DNA of 63,876 nucleotides, counting the filler, from Octopus bimaculoides (taxonomy: Eukaryota), in the NCBI RefSeq assembly GCF_001194135.2. It is 4 parts of 4 records of this genome, joined end to end, with 100 filler letters (N's around TTAATTAATTAA, not from the genome) between each part and the next. Parts side by side here need not be neighbours in the genome. Positions count along the whole stretch, not along the records: positions 35,553 to 53,713 come from NC_068987.1; 3 more parts are not named here. One strand, given 5' to 3'. Within the stretch, counting starts at the first letter, position 1. The number at the start of each line of letters is the position of its first letter. Shown in pieces: positions 37,052-50,419 of this stretch. Below the pieces are notes generated by a model. It was given only the letters and a program-made list of their open reading frames with translations, did not search any database and was not told the DNA's origin. The translations under genes were made by a program, and so were the position numbers.

Positions 37052-38099
37052 TGTATGTATGTATGTATGTATGTATATAATGTATATACTGTGAGAGAGA
37101 GAGAATATGTGTACATGTAAGTGAATATGTGCGTCCCTGTGGATGAGGTGTGTTCGTACATAGATCTGTTTATATGCATATGTTGGTGTGCATATGTGCA
37201 TGTGAAACCTCACCTCGATATGATTACGTGATATGTCTGAATGGATTTCATAGACATGAAAAAAAAGACTGTTTTGTTTACATTTTGATAGTTTGAAAAT
37301 TTGAAATACAATTTTCTGTTTGTTTTACATAATTATTTGTGAATTTAATATTGGAAAGTTCCAACGTTTTGTTTCATTACCATATTTATAACGTATTGTA
37401 GTATTGAATTGGGATTAGCAATATATTGTTATTGTTGCATTGAAATGTGATTGGCAATATATTGCTATTGTTGTATTTAATGTTACAATATTTGATGTTC
37501 ATTCAACGTTTGTTGTTCTGGAGCTATACTGTTGGAGGTTTTGATTTGTTTTAGCTAATGAATGTATTGAGTGGAATTACGGTTTCTATGGCTGAATTAA
37601 TATAATAAATAAATAAATAGGTAATGTTAACGACGATGATAATAATAGTAATTAAAGCAAGAACTCCAATCAAGTCAATGAGGAAGATCCTATATGATTG
37701 TTCATCTTACATTACATCGCTGCCAAGTTTTTCTCAAATTACACTTCACGTCGTAAGAGGAAAAGCACATTTTCAGATGGCTACACCCGGAAATGATTGG
37801 ACCATTTGTCCGCCGGGGCTGGGGTGATCTGAGAGGTAAATATCTAGTTGACAGCAAAAAGAGCTGCACTAGGAGCAAAAGTAAAAATAATGACTAAAAA
37901 TAAAAATAATGACTAAAAATAATAATAATATTGATTTGCGATATAGCCATAAAATTTGGTAAGGAGTATAGCTATATTACCGACGTCAATATCTGTCTGT
38001 TATTTTTTACACTATTTCTCGAAAGATAAATGCGTATGTCGTTCTTAGGTATTCTGAGTTCTAATTCCCCTAGCTATGTTTTGTTCTTCACTCGACAGA

Positions 38100-39800
38100 T
38101 TCTGCCACTCCAACACTGGGTAAAAATTTGCTTCTCTATCTAGGGTAGGTACCACTGGTTTCATTACATATAATGTTATCTAACTTCTTTCTAGCACCCT
38201 TGTATACTCGAACTCTATCGTTCTGATCATACCCAGAGAATTGCATGCGGTGCATGAAGTTCTGTACATGTTCCTTTGGGGTTCATAATATTTGCACTGT
38301 TGGGACACGTTGTTCATTATCCTAAGTCTGATATTAGTATGTCAATTTTCATGTTGTGTGACAAAGCTGAGTTCTTATGAAAAATATATTTAGAAGCTAT
38401 GGGTTTCATATAATATGAGTGGAGGAGCTGCGCTCTGTCGTTCACAGTTTCTAACCAAAGTTCAGTATTTAGGGCGGGAAGTCTATTGTTGGGATACCTA
38501 ATGGGGTAATCTATAATTACCTTGATACTTTGATAGATAGAGTTAGCTACTTGCTGGACGCTCTCCATTATGCTCCTCTCAGTTTCTACGTTACTGTTAC
38601 TAGAGTTGATCTAAACTATGATATTAATATCATCTACATACCTACTGAAAAGTAGATGAGTTGTGAAAGTTCTGCTGTGGATTGCGTAAGAGGCCGGCCC
38701 CATCTCTAGCTACACCGACATCAATGGCTGCACCTTGAACTTGTGTATGTTGCACCACATTCCCATGTGTGCATTGAAGAGGTTTTCCACTCTTTCATGT
38801 TTCTGTGGTGCAACTTCTCTCCTACTACCGATGTGCTGTTGTATGGTCTGGACATAGATTTGTGGGCTGTCTATTGAGAGTCTGCTAGACTTGTCCATAG
38901 AATGGCACACTAATTCCGTGTTTCTAATTCGTAGACCTTTGGCAACAGATGAAGTGAGTTGGTAGGTTTCCTCCTCATTACGTCTTTTAGTGGATTTGTT
39001 GTATCGGTCTAAGATGTGTTGGAGGGTATTTCTAGCTAAGGAGGACTTTGCTTCTGTTTCACTGTCAATGTGGAGTGGGATACATACCCTCTTCTTGAAG
39101 GGTAAATCTGTGGGGTAGATCCTCGTCATGTCATAAGATTTGTTGTTCGGGTTATAGAAGACAGAGTGTTGAGTGCTATTATCGTTGTGGTTGTTGTTGT
39201 TATAGTTGCTATTGGTGGTGTTGGTGGTGGTAGTGCTTGTGTCGTGCCCATTGTTGTTGTTATTGTTGCGGATGGTGCTGGTGTTGATGGTGTGGATGAT
39301 GTGGTTGGTATTGTTGTCTGTGTGTGAAATGTTGTTGTCATTGTTGTTGTTGGTATTATCATCGTTATTGTTGTTATTATAAATAGTTTCGACTTTGAAT
39401 GCTTGTGTTGTTGTTATAGTTGTTTGAGTTGGGAATGTTTTAGTTATCATTGTTATTGTTATTACCACTATTGTTGTCATGAACATCGCTATTGTTATTG
39501 TTGTTGTTGCTGTTGTTGTTGTTGTTGTATTGTCCTAACCTTCATCTTAGTCTTAACATTTTTTTCTATTTCAGGCAGACAATCAATTTTTATAACATTT
39601 TTATTTGTAGCGAATTTTGGTGGTAAATCTAAAGCATGCATTTCATCTGTTTCCAGCTGTACATCACCGTATTTTCCAGAAGTGTAACTGTTGCTGTTGT
39701 TGTTCTTGTTGGCGGTGGAAGTATTGCTTTTTGGTGTCCTGGCGCCGAAGTCCTCTGCTAGTTTACATTCCGACATGACAGTCCGGTCTATACTGTTTGG
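38100..39800 (-). mobile_element. Penelope-like element lineage B, RT, internally deleted
   Basis: LDLPPKFA...EIEK (N-terminal), MDKSSRLSIDSPQIYV, RYVDDINI (YVDD at 38629-38640), IIDYP...LPALNTELW...YYMKPIASK, FMHRMQFSGY. Confidence 0.85.
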
Positions 39801-39837
39801 GTATTTATATTGATTCTTACCATGCTGGGATCGTTGT

Positions 39838-39917
39838 TGCTACCCAAAGTTTATATTTGTATACAGGTAGAACAGTCAGTTGGCTGGTATGTTGATAGAT
39901 GCATGTATGTGTGTGTA

Positions 39918-39948
<31 letters not shown>

Positions 39949-40575
39949 AATAGAGAGAGAGAGTGTATGTGTATATTCACATGTTTGTAGGCGAATGGAT
40001 ATGAAAGTAAAAAGATACAAATACAGACGAATAGGTACATAGGTAATATGAACAGATAAGCACACATACACACAAATACGGAAATGAAGACTGATACACA
40101 TAAACTTCACTTCACACAAGGACACATATGGAGACACACGTCCACGCATATAGAGATACTCAGCTATACATACAGACAGTACAGTCATACAAACCCATAC
40201 ACACAACCACACACATATATACTCAGACATGCACACACAAGGAGATAGAGGTACACACAAACACACTTGCAAGCACACAGACACACATAAAAATCACACA
40301 AGCACGAAAACACAAACACATGAATATGCAGAATACATACACACAAACGCACACACAAACATACATATATACATACGCACAAACATATACATACATGCAC
40401 ACACATGCAGACATGTATACATACATACATACATGTGCATGTGCACACACACTGACCCACACACTTGCGCGCAAACAGAAAGAACTCAGCTTGAATACCG
40501 GAGACAGTCAACAACTATTGAAGAGTTTGCAAGACGCAACGAAACGTTTACAAAAATAAATAAAAGAATGGAAAT
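39838..40575 (+). mobile_element. CA-rich module ending in a hammerhead-like motif (copy 2)
   Basis: Collinear with 22440-23235. Confidence 0.8.
40515..40551 (+). ncRNA. Minimal hammerhead-like motif with palindromic AACGTT stem III
   Basis: CTA-TTGAAGA-GTTTGC aagac GCAAC-GAAAC-GTT-TAC. Confidence 0.55.
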
Positions 40576-40589
40576 TTTACCTGTGTGTG

Positions 40590-40830
40590 TCAAATTGTAA
40601 GGCAATAAAAAGAATGACTCTCCTCAGACACAACAGAATAATAATAATAACATCGGAAAATACCTTAAGAATGAGAATCCAGGTTCGGAATTACGCCAGG
40701 ACAGCTGATGAAGGCTGGAAAGTACATCGGGTGAAACGTGTTAATAACACACAAGATGACAACAAATATCCGTCAACTGTGAACAATGTAAATAATGTAC
40801 ATAGTTACTCATCTCTCTAATATAGAACTG
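40590..40830 (+). mobile_element. Penelope pseudo-LTR-like fragment with CTGATGAAG...GAAACG motif
   Basis: acag-CTGATGA-aggctgg...-GAAACGTG at 40701-40740; stem II decayed; joined tail-to-tail to the lineage A element. Confidence 0.5.
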
Positions 40831-40831
40831 T

Positions 40832-42955
40832 ATTCTGAAGTTGGGCTGTTCGTTAGTGGCACAAATGTCGATGTTTTCGCTGAGCGCTATTTTTCTGCAT
40901 TACCAAATTTTAATATGGGATCTACGTTGGGTCATCCTTCGGCGTAGACTGTTTTTGGTTTGGCGTGAGCAAGTTAATACATATGTTAGTTTTTCCGAGG
41001 TACGTGTGAAGTTGTTCTTAACCGTAAAACGTTGACCTTGTTTGAAAGAAGAACTTCGGTCAATCAATTAGGTTGACGCATATACCACAGTTAGGTCTTC
41101 CGCCTTTTTTTTTTACTGACGGCTTCAATATTGTTGCGGTGTGTACTACGCTTGTGTTGGAAGACTTTTCATACACTTAAAAACTATAGTACAAATCCCT
41201 TTAGCCATGTTGAAGGAAATATTCATTCTAGTGTGTCTTCGATAGCATGAGTGGAACTGTAGATATTGATTGGAGTCCGTGGGCTTATAGTATGTATCAG
41301 TTTCTATTTTCTTGTTGGATTTCTTAATGAGGAAATCGAGGAATGGAATTTGTTGGTAGCTATATTCCAACGTAAACTGAATGTTTATGCCAAGTCCATT
41401 TATAAGTGCTTGAAATTCTTTCAGTTTCTCTATATTTTCCTGCCAAAGAATGAAACAGTCATCCATACACATCTTCCAGTTAATTTCAATGTAGAGGAAG
41501 ATTGGGTTGCCGTATTTTTCTAGTACTTTGCGATAAAGACTGATTTCTAGATATTCCATGACTAGGTTAGCAACAGAGGAGGTCGTTGTCGTACCGATCT
41601 CAGTCCCCGATTTTTGTCGATAGAAGTTGTTTTTGAAGACGAAGAAATTATTCTCCATCATAAATATTAGCCCTTCTATTACGAATTCTTTTTTGATGTA
41701 GTGTGGGAAATCATTGGAGTAATTCTCTAGCCAGAATTGGATTGTTTCTATTCTTAGGCTCTGGGGGATATTAGAATAGAGGTTGACTACATCAAAGGAT
41801 AGTAGTAGGGTGTTTTCATTTATTATTTTAGGGATGAGAAAAAACATATCTAGATTGTCCCTTATGTCGCTTTTGATATGCTTGAGAAATGGTTTTAAGA
41901 TGGTATCTGAAATGTTACGGAGGCGGTGGGTTTCGCATGCGGAACCTGCTATAGTAGGTCTTAATTTGAGGTTATTAGGAGTAGGTACTTTGATTATTAT
42001 ATCTGTGGTTACCCTGCATGTGACATATTTTCTAACTTTTGTGCATCTTAGGAATACAGTTGGATTGACTGGATTTACTTTTGAAGTTAATCATATATTC
42101 GTATTCCTTGTCAGTGAGAATTTCTCTGTATGTGTTTAACATAGTTTTTAGGTTTCTCATTATTTTCTGCTGACTGTAGTGTTGGATCTTTTCATAATAC
42201 GTTGTCTTTTAATATGGATAGTACTAGATTTATCAGTCTACCGTGTGCGTTAAGGCAATTGCACTCCCTTATCAGCCTCTTTGATTGTTATTGTTTTATC
42301 ATCCTTTAATTTGTTCAACTCAGCCCATTCTTTTTTGCTGTAGTTTGGCTCGTGTTTTTGTTTCTGTATATATTGATAAGGATAATTTGAGATGTATTCA
42401 CAGAAATGGTCTAAAATGTTGCTCTTATCTTTTGAAGGGGTTAGGTTACTTCTATTTCTGACTGGCGATTTGTCCTCGTTGTATTTGTCGTATATTTCCT
42501 CGGCGGGTCGTAATTTCCTACAAAATTCCGCAACGTCTTCTTTCATTTCGTTGTAGTTAGGGTCTTGGTGTGGGGTGGGGTGTAAGCTTGAGCCATTTGG
42601 AAAGTATGTTGATTTGGTTTGGTGTTAGCTCTTTGTTTGTTAGATTGATCAATTTTATCACTTTCGGTTTCTCCTGTATGTCTGGCTCTCTCTCGTATCC
42701 CTGTGTTTTCGTACTGGGTCTAAAAAAACGGTTGAGGTGATTGGAACGGTAGCTGTTATGTATTTGTTCTCTATTGTTTTGGAGTGCCCTGTTGTTATAG
42801 TTTATATTGCAAGTTCTTGGAAGTGTATTTGAAAGGTGCGTCCCTATGTCCCATGTTCATATGTGGTACTTCAGGGAGACTTCGTTCGTGATTATTACGT
42901 ATGATACGTGCTTGTTGTGCGCTATTGTATTGTTTAGTGGATAGTTAGAATGAAA
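40832..42955 (-). mobile_element. Penelope-like element lineage A, near-complete decayed RT plus GIY-YIG
   Basis: INLTNKELT...ILSK, MKEDVAEFCRKLR, IKEADKG, LLSFDVVNLYSNIP, YRQKSGTEIGT, CMDDCF, IPFLD, YYKPTDS, then a GIY-YIG remnant. Confidence 0.93.
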
Positions 42956-42959
42956 ATTC

Positions 42960-43085
42960 CGTTGGTAACTTCTTCCTCGGCTAATGCTGCTTAAACAATC
43001 GAAACCAAGAACTAACATCCCTCATATTAAATATTTCTTCAGTACATACATATACATACATACCCATACCGCTGCTCAGACCAGA
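42960..43085 (+). mobile_element. Inverted copy of the lineage A 3' (pseudo-LTR) segment at the element's 5' end
   Basis: ttcctcggctaatgctgcttaaacaatcgaaaccaagaac...ctcatattaaatatt matches the reverse complement of 21550-21625. Confidence 0.75.
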
Positions 43086-43089
43086 GATG

Positions 43090-43300
43090 GCAGTCTCCAG
43101 CAATTTACCAAAAGAGATGTTTTCATATGCTTGCATTTGCTGAAAATTTTGGATCTCGAATTTAGTAGTGTGTTGGACCACTTGAATAAAAAAGAATGTG
43201 TGATCTTTCAGCAATGCACAATTTGCATTTCTTAGATCCATTTACATATAGAATTTATTTCTCAACGATTTTCCACTTGACTGTGTGCGGCGTGCAGTTG
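43090..43300 (-). mobile_element. Penelope-like element lineage C, endonuclease C-terminal fragment
   Basis: GSKKCKLCIAE..HILFY resembles the C-x2-C..EK terminal motif of Penelope-group GIY-YIG domains. Confidence 0.5.
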
Positions 43301-44609
43301 GTCTTCAAACCCCATACGTAGTTTAGTCAACTTAGTAACATAATATTTGTCGATGTGCCATAGTCTTCTTTCTCAGGCACTAACTTATACACATACGCAT
43401 GCATTAGTCTTGTTTGCTTTACTCTACCCAATACAAATCCGAAACTTAAATTTTGTGTAAGATGTTTCGAAACACAATGGAATATGGATCACGCCCTAGG
43501 AGTCATATACACCTCATTTCTTCCTCATTCACCCCAAGAGATATAGAATAAGGACTTGCTTGCTCCTCCACAAAATGTACATAGTACCATAGAGACCTAG
43601 ATTAAAGGAGGAAATTAAATTTTACTGCTGAGTAAATTCCAATGTGAAATCCATATTTTTATGGTTTAATCTTCCAAAAAGAAAATGCGACGATATACCA
43701 CGCAGCCTCTGGACAGCGGTGACTTCAAGATGATTGAATTTGTAAGCGTACATAAATATACATATATAGTTACACACATAAAACACATACATATATATTT
43801 TTCGCGCACACGCACACACAAAGACAGACATATATATATGTATGCATATAGGTATTATGTATGTATATATACATATATATACATGCATGCACACACACAC
43901 ATATATATGAATGATAATCTTAAGGCCGAAATTTACTCATACACAGCTTCATTCATAGCTTGTAGCTAGTATTCAGTTCTTAACCAAATGGAAAACTCTT
44001 AACAATTTTGAAGAGGACTGGCCCTTAACTACGTTTTGCCATACAAAATTGAAATTTAGTACAGTAGAAAAATTTAACATCAATATTTGTAGCAATGTTA
44101 TGGGAGAGTTATTAACGCTGCCAATCAAGTTTAGTTCTAAATGACTTTCTTTTATTTTAAAAGCAAAATATATTTATCTTAGCTTCAGTGAGAGAAGAAA
44201 GCCTGAATAATCTCATAGATTTTGTCTCATGCAATAACAAATTGTATGAAAAAGTTATGAGGTAAAATATCATGAAAAAATATAAGTAAGGCAACAAATT
44301 GGACCTAAGTATAATTAACATTTTTTATATTTTAAAAAACAAGCTATAGAGTTGAATTCGGGAAATTTAATTGCAACAGTCTTATGCAATGACGGTTTAA
44401 AAGAAAAATATGATATGAGTATTAGGTTCTCAAATTTGAGAGTGATAATAAAGCTCTATCTATTTTTGAGAATAGAGTTCTAGGGGGCGTTACTATATGT
44501 CATGGGCATCATTGAGGTAAGGAAAGATTTTTCAACGACACCTTAATTGACACATTTGACACATTATTAATTAGCATAATAGCATAGCCAGGAAAAAAAA
44601 CATGGATTA

Positions 44610-45441
44610 CATGGAAAATGCAAGCAAGAGAAATAATGTTCTGACGATTATATATTTGGAAAAATAGGAGACAAGTTATTCCAATTGGAAAAATTCAGAA
44701 CGAGTTATTACATCTAATAACGTGCAGAACACGAAAACTTTTACTTAAAATATTGTAGCTAAGGATAAAATGTGAATATTAAATATTATTTTATTTTAAT
44801 TTACAAAGTAACATTATAATTAAGAAAGGCACCATCAACTTGTTAAAATACTGACACACTAAATTACTTAAAAAATGACAGCCAGAAGAACCAATAAAAC
44901 TAAATGTTTATGTAAAGTAGAATGGTATATAAGGTAGGCAAATTCATTATGTAAAACATAAGCATTGTTCAAGACTAGAAATGTGTAGACTTGGCAAGAA
45001 CGTAGCACATATTACTGTGAATTTGTTGTTATAGGTAAATATTTCCGTAATATATAACTAATTGTTGTATTATTCTATTTATTATACTAACAAATTATGT
45101 ACTACTATTATTTCTATAACCTATTTTCAAATTTCTAATTACTAATTAATACTTAAAAATCATTTTTTAAGTGCAAAAAATATTTAAGTTATTTAAAAAA
45201 AATTTAATACAAGTAACAAATAACAGCAAATAAAAGTAATAACTTGTAATAAATTTTTTACTTTCAATAAAAGCTAATATTTTCTAAATCTAAATATTTT
45301 ATTTCAAAATTTATCCTTAGCTACAATATGTTAAGTAAAAGTTTTCTTGTTCTGTACTTTACCAGATGTAATTACTCGTCCTGTACTTTTTCAGATTTAG
45401 AATCTTAAGAATATTATTTCTCTTGCCCGATTTTTTCCATG
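44610..45441. mobile_element. 832-bp foldback element/MITE with long imperfect TIRs and TA flanks
   Basis: TA|CATGGAAAA...TTTTCCATG|TA; arms about 44610-44800 and 45290-45441, e.g. ttttacttaaaatattgtagctaaggataaaat vs attttatccttagctacaatatgttaagtaaaa. Confidence 0.8.
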
Positions 45442-45868
45442 TAACATATGTATATCTTAAGTAATATATATATTACTTAATATATATATATAAAGCACTN
45501 NNNNNNNNNNNNNNNNNNNNNNNNNNNNNNNNNNNNNNNNNNNNNNNNNNNNNNNNNNNNNNNNNNNNNNNNNNNNNNNNNNNNNNNNNNNNNNNNNNNN
45601 NNNNNNNNNNNNNNNNNNNNNNNNNNNNNNNNNNNNNNNNNNNNNNNNNNNNNNNNNNNNNNNNNNNNNNNNNNNNNNNNNNNNNNNNNNNNNNNNNNNN
45701 NNNNNNNNNNNNNNNNNNNNNNNNNNNNNNNNNNNNNNNNNNNNNNNNNNNNNNNNNNNNNNNNNNNNNNNNNNNNNNNNNNNNNNNNNNNNNNNNNNNN
45801 NNNNNNNNNNNNNNNNNNNNNNNNNNNNNNNNNNNNNNNNNNNNNNNNNNNNNNNNNNNNNNNNNNNN

Positions 45869-45903
<35 letters not shown>

Positions 45904-46591
45904 CACATGTGTTTTGTTTAAGATTAATAACATATTGATTTGAAGCGAAAAATATTAACATGATAAATGAAACACCATTACCCTGTGATATATCAATATA
46001 ATTATGTTAACGCTAATCAATGGAAAAACGATGTACAGGGTGTTTTGTTGAGAAATAATCATAATAATAATAATAACACAATACATGCAAATAAGGAGAA
46101 TGTCAGATATAAGGCAAAACAGCTAGTGGTACAAAGCAGCCCAAGCAGTAATTACTGGGAAGGAAAATATTAATCAACTATAGAAGGGGAAAAGGCAAGT
46201 TATTTTGGCTGTAGAAGTAGATATTATTCAGAGGACATTTAGTGTATATTTTTTATTTTGATGTACTCCCTTAGTTCCTTCCCTTCCCCCATTTTTGACT
46301 CAGCAATTAGCTCACGCTCATTCAAATTTAACAGTACTACAACGTATCTGTCTTTCTCCCCCTATTTCAATAATTCACTTAGCTTAACCTTTAGCATCAC
46401 GTTCACAACCCCGTCCCTTTATATCTCTATGCAAACAAGCGTTCTTATTCCTAAAGCCCATGGAATAATATCCTTAATCCCTTTATATCTCTATGTAAAC
46501 AAACGTTCTAACGGTCACTGACCATGTAACATCTTTGCTCGTAAGTTACCTCATCATTTCATTTTCGTCTTGCTATTATATGTTTATTATG

Positions 46592-46682
46592 AATTCCCCG
46601 AAGAGGAATATATGAGGAATCCCAGCAGCTCTTACTTCTTTGTGAAGGAGCTCTCATATATTTTGAAACATGTGTAGGAATT
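46592..46682 (+). ncRNA. Type I hammerhead ribozyme motif (U4C core variant)
   Basis: Stem I AATTCC/GGAATT; core CCGAAGA; 12-bp stem II GGAATATATGAG/CTCATATATTTT; GAAAC-ATGT-GTA; predicted cleavage after 46676. Confidence 0.8.
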
Positions 46683-47504
46683 AAAGGNNNNNNNNNNNNN
46701 NNNNNNNNNNNNNNNNNNNNNNNNNNNNNNNNNNNNNNNNNNNNNNNNNNNNNNNNNNNNNNNNNNNNNNNNNNNNNNNNNNNNNNNNNNNNNNNNNNNN
46801 NNNNNNNNNNNNNNNNNNNNNNNNNNNNNNNNNNNNNNNNNNNNNNNNNNNNNNNNNNNNNNNNNNNNNNNNNNNNNNNNNNNNNNNNNNNNNNNNNNNN
46901 NNNNNNNNNNNNNNNNNNNNNNNNNNNNNNNNNNNNNNNNNNNNNNNNNNNNNNNNNNNNNNNNNNNNNNNNNNNNNNNNNNNNNNNNNNNNNNNNNNNN
47001 NNNNNNNNNNNNNNNNNNNNNNNNNNNNNNNNNNNNNNNNNNNNNNNNNNNNNNNNTATATATATATATATGCATATACATGTCTGTATTATGTGTCCGC
47101 GTACGCGCGCTCGAAAATAATGCACTAAATTTATGCAATGAAACCAAAACTCATGTTTTGAATATTCACTTGGATTTACACAGTGATCTATGTTTACGTC
47201 ATATTTTAATCGTGTTGAAATTATTTTACATACTATGGCTCCACAGACAGAGATCTCATCGTGTATTCTTGAGAACGTTTGGTCATACTTATTAAATTCT
47301 TAGTTCACTCTTCATATCTAACCTCTTAAACGTACATTCCATTCAATTCAAGATATTTTCCTACCATTCACAATACACTAATTCATTATTTTCCAGTAGT
47401 AAGTAGACATGAGAGGATTAGGAAAACAAACAAGTGTAGTAGTTTTTCATAATTATTGAAACGTAAATCTCCATATTATACCACAACAGTATTTCTTCTT
47501 AAAC

Positions 47505-47940
47505 AAAGGCGAGGAGTTGGTAGAATCGATCGTTAGCACGCTGAGCAAAACGCTTAGTGAGTTTTCGTCTATTTTTACGTTCTGAGTTTAAATTCCTCCT
47601 CAGTTAAATTTACATTTCATCCTTTCGGAGTCTATAAAAAACAAGTACCATGTAAGTATTGGGGCCGATGTGATCAACTTAACCCCACCCTCGAAATTGC
47701 TGGCCTTGTGCCAACATTTTAAACACTAGGTGGCGAGCTGTCAGAGTTGATAGCTTGCCGAGCAAAATTCTTAGCGGTATTTCGTCCGTCTTTACATATT
47801 TCAAATTCCGCTGAGGTCGACTTTACCTTTCATTCATATTGGGGTTGATAAAATAAGTACCATTTAACCACTGGGAGTCAATGTAATCGACTTACCCGTT
47901 CCCCCGGAATTGCTGGCCTTGTGCCAAAATTTGAAATCGC
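47505..47940 (+). mobile_element. Two tandem family B SINE copies
   Basis: Two consecutive ggcgag...ttagc...ctttcat...aagtacca...ggccttgtgccaa units. Confidence 0.85.
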
Positions 47941-48538
47941 CAATTATTTTTAAACACGTAGCTCATTCTTCAAGTAAAATCTACTCTTAATACCCAATCA
48001 AATTCAAGATACGAAGGCGCCAACAATTTTATATCACAGCTGGGGAAGATGGATGGATGGAGAGCTAGAGGAAGAGCATGCGTGTTCAGAGAGAAAAAGG
48101 GAGAGAGAAATAGAGTGAGAGAAACAGAGAGAGAGAGAAAAACAAAGACAGAGAGAGATAGAGATGTATAATTGCGCTTCATATTTCATATCCTTTTTAA
48201 TTTCCTTTATTTCATATCCTTTTATTATTATTTTCTCTTATTCCTGTGCCATTTTGTTTATATCAGTGATCCATTTTAACATTTTTGAAATTATTATCAG
48301 TTTAAAATTCAAATAAATATTCACAACGAAATTATAGCCTCAGCATCTTTCCTCTGTTATTTTCGTACTGTTTATATTTTTGCTATCTTTACAACTCACA
48401 CAATCAGAAATGCAAGAAGTGAATTAACAGCTCTTTATCTCACTTTCCTATCGTGAACGTCATCGACAGAATCATCACCACACGGAACAGTATCATTAAA
48501 TTCCTTTTCCTCCTCATTATTACAACGAAAGTAACGGA

Positions 48539-49330
<792 letters not shown>

Positions 49331-50419
49331 ACCATTTTTATAATCAAGAACAATCACTGGAACCCTACTCTCTGTGTGGCTCCATCATCAATATTTTCAT
49401 TGCCAGATTTATAAGGTTTCTTTATTTGAAAACAAAATTCTATCGATTTTATTCCTAAGTCAGCAATTTTTCAAATGTTTTTGTTGATATTGATGCGCCA
49501 TTACTTATTGTTGTTGTGGTGTTGTTTTTTACTGTTTTCGTGCTTCTGTGTTTCCTTTTTTTTCAACTTGTAACATTCATTACTTTTTATTGTTTAATTG
49601 TTGTATTTGCGATTACTTTAAAATGTATTATTATGGCAGCAACTCTTTGTTATTGTTGTTACTGTACTGATAATATCCTTGTTGTTGCTATTCTTGCCGT
49701 TGTATTTCATTTTGTGTGTTTTATGGTTTTGCTACTCCAAATGTAATGCAGCATTCACAATTGGACAGGGCACTTCTAAGGGCAGATCCGCTACAGATCA
49801 TACTGTTCCGTTGCTTTAATTTGCTGCACCGCTGAGTGGAACAGCTAAGCCCAATCTAACAGTAGGGGAAACACAATTTATTAGAATAGACAAAAGAAAA
49901 ACATATAATCTAATTTATTTAATAATAATGGCAAAAATATCAAATAAATGAACAAGAATTTCAACGATAAAAGTAATAAAAGAAATAAAAACAATAAGAA
50001 TAATGCTACTGATAAAAATGTTAACGATGATAATAATTATGAATAACATGACGATACTGATGATATAAAAGGAAAAACTATTCAAAGATACATAATGCAA
50101 GCGTTAGTATGATAATGATGCTGATTTCTAAAATTGCCACTAGGTGGCTAGGGTATAAGTATGTGAACCTTACAGAGATGTCATTAATATCGAACAACGA
50201 TTGAATTTGAATGCAGGAAATAAAAGTAAGTAAATAAAAACTTCAATAGGTTATACCAAATAATTCTTTACAACACACATACAGGAGATGGACAAAATAA
50301 TGGAAAAACACTCTGTTAAATGGAATTTATTATTATGTAGTAAGGAGTTGGTGCATCATTAGCATTAATTATGGTTTTAATATATCGAGGAAATTAGAGC
50401 AGTTGTTTGGAAAATCGTG

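Noticed and set aside
37777-37835. GC-rich 59-nt segment with cag| and |gtaaat, possible next exon (WLHPEMIGPFVRRGWGDLR in the compatible phase)
   Set aside because: Weak polypyrimidine tract, poor match to the expected PEF continuation, and it lies across an artificial join from the EF-hand exon; needs RNA-seq.
43683-43741. Possible exon (MRRYTTQPLDSGDFKMIEF) with a GTAAGC donor
   Set aside because: No convincing acceptor and no recognisable homology.
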